From assembly GCA_963676915.2 (NCBI GenBank), contig CAXXVK010000035.1, positions 32,001 to 96,000 on the forward strand: a stretch of DNA of 64,000 bases. The letters are read 5' to 3'. The translations under genes and the position numbers were made by a program. Below, one piece after another: positions 58,329-64,000 of this stretch (position 1 is its first letter; each line of letters opens with the position of its first letter). A model generated the notes under the pieces. That model saw only the letters and a list, made by a program, of their open reading frames with translations. It did not search any database and was not told the DNA's origin. This DNA comes from Myxococcota bacterium. Lineage in GTDB: Bacteria > Myxococcota_A > SURF-8 > G963663525.

Positions 58329-58381
58329 TCCGCAAAAACAAATACGAACAATACAAACAAGTTCATCAAAACTTGCAAAAG

Positions 58382-58412
58382 AAAACGCCCGGCCAATATG
58401 GTCGGGCGTTTT
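58382..58412. terminator. Bidirectional intrinsic terminator
   Basis: AAAACGCCCGGCCA-ata-TGGTCGGGCGTTTT between convergent genes. Confidence 0.75.
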
Positions 58413-58433
58413 GGTTGAAGGTTTCGAGTCGGA

Positions 58434-61400
58434 TCAGCGGGCTTCCACCGTCAGTTCGTAGCCGCCACCGCCGCCACCGCTGGTGCTGTAGTAGTCCACG
58501 ACGATGAAATACGTACCCGTCTCGGTGGGAGTGAAGACCAGGGCTTCGTCATCACCGCCGTACGTATCGTCTACGGTATCCAGGCAGAGTTCACAGCCAC
58601 GGTTGATCCACAGGGCCGAGTCCCAGCTTGTGGTCGGATGTAGCGTGATATCATAGGTGGTTCCGGCTTGAAGTACGACTCCCCAGACGTGATCGTTACC
58701 CATGTTGCTGTAAGGATGATCGCAGCCATCCATGGAATCTCGATCCAGGTGATTGGAACTCGAACTGGAATCTCCGCTTGCCGTAGCGGTCGCACCATCG
58801 AAGGTCATGTAGCCTTCCACAAGGGAAGGATCGCACAGAGGTTCGGTGTACGGGGTAACCGACCAGTCGGTGATTTCGAACGAACTTCCGAAACCGGCAG
58901 AAACGTTATCGAAGTGGAGATACATGTCCGCCCCGGCATCCTCATCGAAAGGAATGATGATGGAGGCTGTTCCCGCCGAAGTGATCGTACTAGATCCCAG
59001 GCAGCTTTCCGAAGCGCCGCATTCCGTGCTCCAGTGAACGGCGAGGGGAGCGTTTGCCGTGAATTCGAGATTCAGTTGCGAATGGGCGTCGATGTACTTT
59101 TTGAAGACGACATCGTTGCCGGGGAAGAACTCACCGCAGGTAAAGTCGGCGGCAGCCCACGAATAATCGCTGGCAACCGGTGGAGTGAGGTTGTCGAGAT
59201 CGATGTATGTGTCGCAGGTATCGCCTTCTACCGTATCAATGGACGTAAGATTCGCAGAAAGGCTGATGGACCCCGCGAAATCGGTTTCGCTGTCCACGAT
59301 CACGTACAGGTCTACGGGTTCTCCGGAGGTGTTGGGGTAGGCGAAATCATATTCGCTTTGTCCACCGGCAGCGTAGAGACATTGGGTGGTCGCGTCGGGG
59401 GCGCATTGATCGCCCGTGACGATGTAGAGCGCGGTCTCATCTCCGCCGATGCTGTCCATATGAATGGATACACCTTCATTGTTCCCTACAGTGAGTTGGT
59501 AAACCACATCGTTACCCGAACCGGCTGTGGTCAAGCACCCGAAATCTTCCGCCGTGTAATCGTTGGTGGCTTCGGTCAAGATACCATCCACGAGCGTACC
59601 ATCGGTAGGAAGCACTGCCGGTTCGTCGCAAGTGGCGTTGGTCAACGGTGTGTAGTTGCCTACATTCACTTCGATGTAGAAGTCTCCCGCATGGCTGGTG
59701 CCGGAATAGTAACTGTCCACGAACATGAAGACGTTGGTTTGCATCCCGGTGTCGTTGATGTACAGCACCTCGTTGTCATCGGGATAATCCTGATAATGGA
59801 TACACTCGTTTTCGCCGTCCGGTGCGCAGTCGTCACCAACGACCACGTAGAATACGCCGTCTCCCGAGGTTCCCGCTTCGATGGCAGCGCCTTCGTTGGG
59901 TTCCAGAGTCGTCATGAAAACGAGATCGTTTCCGTTACCTCCACCGTACGAAGTGCAACCCCAACCTTGGGCGTTGTGATCGTGTTGTGCTTCCGCTAGG
60001 TTTCCTTCCACCCGGTTTTCTCCAGTGTCAGGATCGGGCAGTACCATCGGAGAATCACAGGATTCGTTGATGAAAGGCGGAATGTGTTCTTCGTACGTCC
60101 ACACCAGATCGAAGGTTCCTTCATCCGTTGAATAGCTTCCGTCAACGACGAAATAATACGTTACGGGGTTGGTATAGGCTTGGAAGGTCCATTCCTGAGT
60201 TTCAGTGTAGGAATAAGCCAAGCAGGAGTCGGCAATGTTCGGACAATCGGTTGAATAGTAGTTGAACATGTCGTAACCGCTCGTGATGTTTTCCAGGTGG
60301 AGAACCACACGATGGAACGGTTCGAGGTTCATCATGTAAACCAGATCCTTGCCGGCAGTTCCTCCAGCGCTGCACGAACCGCCACCGGAATATGTGTTGA
60401 ACGCTTCGACGTTGGATTGTTCATCCAAGCCGGTTTTCTTCACCCGGGGTAATACCGTCCGTCAGGTCGATGGCACCTTCACAGGTATTGTTCGGCAGGT
60501 GGCGGATCGAGCTGGACAATTGTTGCCGGCAACATCGAAGGTACCTGCGTCGTCTTCGTTGTATCCACTGACGATGAGGTAGAAGGTTTTCGGCTGATTG
60601 CTTTGGTTGACCACCGAAACTTCACCTGTATCGCTGGATGCGTAGATGGTTCTGTATCCCAGGCAACCCAGCAGATCGGTACATTCTTCGGTAATGTACA
60701 TCGACGCTTCGAAGTTTTCGGGAAGCAGGTTCGACAGCGTGAACGTTCCTTCCTGGTAGGAATCCAGGGTCAACGAGTACACAAGGTCCGGACCTTTGCC
60801 GCCGTAGAGAGCAGGTTCCCGAATTCACGTCGTACAGGTTCAGGGCGCCGGACAAGTCGCCGGGGATCGGATCCCCGCCTGGAATCAATTCGATCGGATC
60901 GCTACACGAAGTATTTTGCGGTCCGTAGTATTCCTGGAAGTCAACATCCAGGGTGTAAATACCGCCACTTGTGTCCGTACGACCGTCCACGACGAGCCAC
61001 AGGTACTGCTCGGCACCGGTGTTGTAGTACGTCAGCCGTTCGGGTGTGGATGTATTGACATCCGCTCCCATCAGACAGGACGTGGTGTCGGTGCAGTCGG
61101 TCAGCAGTACATCGAAGTGTTCCAGTTGCCGGTGGCGGTGATGCCTTCCAGCGTGGCGTCGATGTAGTACCCCGAAGGCATCAACAACATGTAGGAGACA
61201 TCCGGTCCGTCAATGTCCTGACCCGTGCAATGTTCGCCCGTTTCAGGAGTTGTGAAGTAGTTCGTTGCGTATTGGGTCGTGCCGTTGTAGACGCCTGCCT
61301 CGGAAATGAAGGTCGGCATGTCGCAGGTGTCGTTTTCAGGCGTTGCCATAGCGACGATCAACACTTCGATCACGAACGGTCCCCAATCCAAGCTGTCTTC

Positions 61401-64000
61401 GGTATCGGCGATCAGGGTCAGAGTTTGATACTCGCCGTGTCGTTTTCGTACACGAGAACGTTGGAGGAAATTTGCGCCCAGGCAGGAATCCGCGTCGTTT
61501 TCGCAGTCCTGGTCGGCAAGATATCCGTAAATGACCGGGCTGAAGGAATACGTCGCTTCCTCGCCGCGCATGATGCGCACGTTGGCAGAATATCCGGGTT
61601 CCAGTTCCAGCGTATAAGCCAGATCCGGTCCTTCGGCCGGGTCGCCGTCGAGGCAGCCATCGCTTTCACCGGTTGGAGAATGATCCTCGCTGGCGAAATC
61701 GAACGAACCTTCGTAGTAAAGATACCCGTTGACCGGAGTCAGAGTTTCCGGTTCGCCGTTGCAGAGGTCGTTGGTCGGTGTTTCGAGGAAGCCGATTTCG
61801 AACTGAATTGCGAACTCGCCCTGCTCTTCGGCATCCACACCGTCCACGATAAAGTAAAGCATCTGGGAACCGCTATCCGAAGCGTTGTTGCGGTAGAAGA
61901 TTTCCTCTCCACCGTTTCCGGAAACGTCGCGTCCCATCAGGCAGGCATCGCCGATCAGATCGGTTTCGCAATTGCCTTCACCCATAATCAGGTACATCGA
62001 AGTATCGAAGTTGGTACCTTCTTCGAGGATCGTCGCTCGTACGTACGCGCCATCGGACAGTTCCACCTGATAGGCAACGTCTTTGCCTGCCGAATCGGTG
62101 CTGCTGCACGCCCCGGAGGTGGGATTGTAATCGTTTTCGAAAATGGACGTCGTTCCGGTGAAGTTGTACGTGCCGGAGTCGCTGAGACCCAGAGATGCCG
62201 TTTCGCTGACGGCAGCGTCTTCGCAGGTGTCGTTGTCGTTGATGGAGAAATTCTTCCACAACGACATCGAGAGCGAAGGAGCCGAGGTCTTCCGCATCCA
62301 TCGAGTCCACAACGATATAGAGGTACGTGGCTTCCTCGGCGATATAGGTCAGTTCTTCACCTCCGTTGCCGTACGCATTTTGCGAAACCAGGCAGGAGGC
62401 GGGCAGGTCGTCGCGCAGCTTGTGGCTAACCACAACGCCGAGTTGAAGGTTGTGGCTTCGGTGTCGAGCTTGGCGATCATCCGTTGGTTTTCGAACAGTT
62501 GAATCGCATACACCACATCGTTACCCGGAGTCGAAACATTGCAGTCCCCAGTAACGGACGTGTAAGAGTCGGTGGTGTTGATGGTTTGTCCTTCGAGACG
62601 CACGGTTTTCGCCGAGCTCATCGATGACGATCTCCGTTGCGGTGGTGCAGTCGTTGTTGGGCATCGGCTCCAGAGAACCGAATTGGACGGTCAGAGTGTA
62701 TGGATAAGCAACGGTAGAGCTGTAGCCATCCACGATCAGGAAGTAATCTCCCGGCTCACCGACCAAGACGTTTTCGGGATTGCCCGAATCACTTCCAGCT
62801 ACACAGGTCGTATCGATGTCATTGCAATCGGTTACGACATAGATCGCAGCATCGGAGCTGTCATCCGGAGTGACCTCGGCGTAGAAGTACTCGTTTTCAC
62901 CCAGGCTGATAGCATAGGCTGTATCGGGACCGGCAGCCTGAGAATACCCGGTGCAGTCACTTTCGGAAGGAGCATAATCGTTGACCTTGTCAACGGTGGT
63001 TCCGATGTAGTCCCCACTGGTCTCGATCGGTAGGGCATTTCCACAGAACTCGCCGGGAAGCGGAGTCCAAACGGAAATGTTCAGGATGTAGTTGCCGGAT
63101 TGCGCGTCGAGCCAAGTCGGCGACTGCGTAACCATGATGATCACGTCGCTTTCTCCATCGATACTGAATCCGCTGATGGAGGAGAAGTTGCCGTCGCCGG
63201 AATCGGTCGTCGGTCCAGGTTCCGATCACTTCGCCCGTCGTTGCGTCGAGAAGAGCCAGGTAGGTATCGGTGGAACGTTTCGCAGAACGATTCCGTCGAA
63301 ACGTTCAAGAAATCATCCGCCGTGAGGTTGACTTTGTAGTAATCCGCATCGAAGGTATCCGTTGGCATCAAGGAACCGAAAACACTGGCGTTTCCGTCAT
63401 CATCGAGCGTGACCGGCTGGGCATTCTCCCATCCATACAGTCCGATTGTTTCTTCCACCATGCCTTCCGGCAGGGAAATTCCACAGCTTCCGTCGGTGCA
63501 GGCGAGCATGTCGCAAGCCGCACCCTTCTTCTTCGGTGCAGCTTTCGGAGCAATAGCCGTCCTGGCAGATGCCGCTGATGCATTCGCCGTCTTCGTTGCA
63601 CGGATCGCCTACGACCAGTTCGGGACGTTCGCAGTACCCTGAGTCGAGGCAGGTGGTCGGCACGGTGCAGGAAAGGCTGACCGGCAGGACACTGGTATTC
63701 CTGACCTTCGGGAATGCTGGTTCCGGAGATGTACGAGCAGAAGGTACCTTCGGGACAGCTCGTAGGATCGTTCGGAATGCACCCGCGTCCACAGAAGGCT
63801 CCAGATCCCGTAGGATCGGAGATGCACAGGTTTCCGTCGTTGCAATCCGAACTGTAATCGCAGGGATAGCAGATGTCGCCCGGAATCGGGACGAAGACCG
63901 GGTTGCCGGTGCAATCGGTATCTTCGGTGCAGGTTTCCGCACAAGTGCCCAACATGCATTCGTTGGAGATTGCAGTCCGCGTAGAGAGCGGCAGTTCCAG
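58434..64000 (-). pseudogene. 3' part of a large secreted protein: Cys-rich repeats then tandem ~130-aa PPC-like beta-sandwich modules; many frameshifts beyond 60440 (likely sequencing errors); 5' end outside the window
   Basis: Consecutive ORF fragments in different frames share NDTCxxA..GTT..NDY..C..GxDxVY..YIVVD modules; last ~2 kb intact. Confidence 0.75.

Noticed and set aside
60440-63700. Programmed ribosomal frameshifting as the explanation for the fragmented gene
   Set aside because: Too many shifts, and no recurring slippery heptamer or stimulatory structure

Overview
64 kb of bacterial chromosome with moderately high GC. The lineage looks Myxococcota/Deltaproteobacteria-like, inferred from PEGA proteins with a 'PxxxxWWFW' tail, a lidless extra Hsp70 and many Cys-rich acidic lipoproteins. 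Housekeeping genes: glnA, rhlE, sppA, trmL, cysE, glmM, frr, class II RNR nrdJ with NrdR boxes, RNase II-like, queA, fadR-etfBA and an acyl-CoA dehydrogenase. They are interleaved with envelope/secreted genes, including an intact ~5,100-aa Cys/Asp-rich repeat lipoprotein and a large repeat protein broken by many indels at the right edge. Non-coding highlights are three copies of a ~180-bp TA-flanked palindromic MITE-like element with compensatory base changes, each next to GTAG-type REP/REPIN repeats, and a structured glnA leader. Protein-level oddities are a lidless Hsp70 paired with a pseudo-receiver/J-domain (HPD->HTD) protein, and a radical SAM-methyltransferase fusion. No transposase, integrase, RT, CRISPR, tRNA or rRNA was recognised. 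Two patches (~9.2-10.7 kb and ~60.4-64 kb) carry clustered single-base indels that look like sequencing error. All family assignments are by-eye motif recognition; no searches were run.
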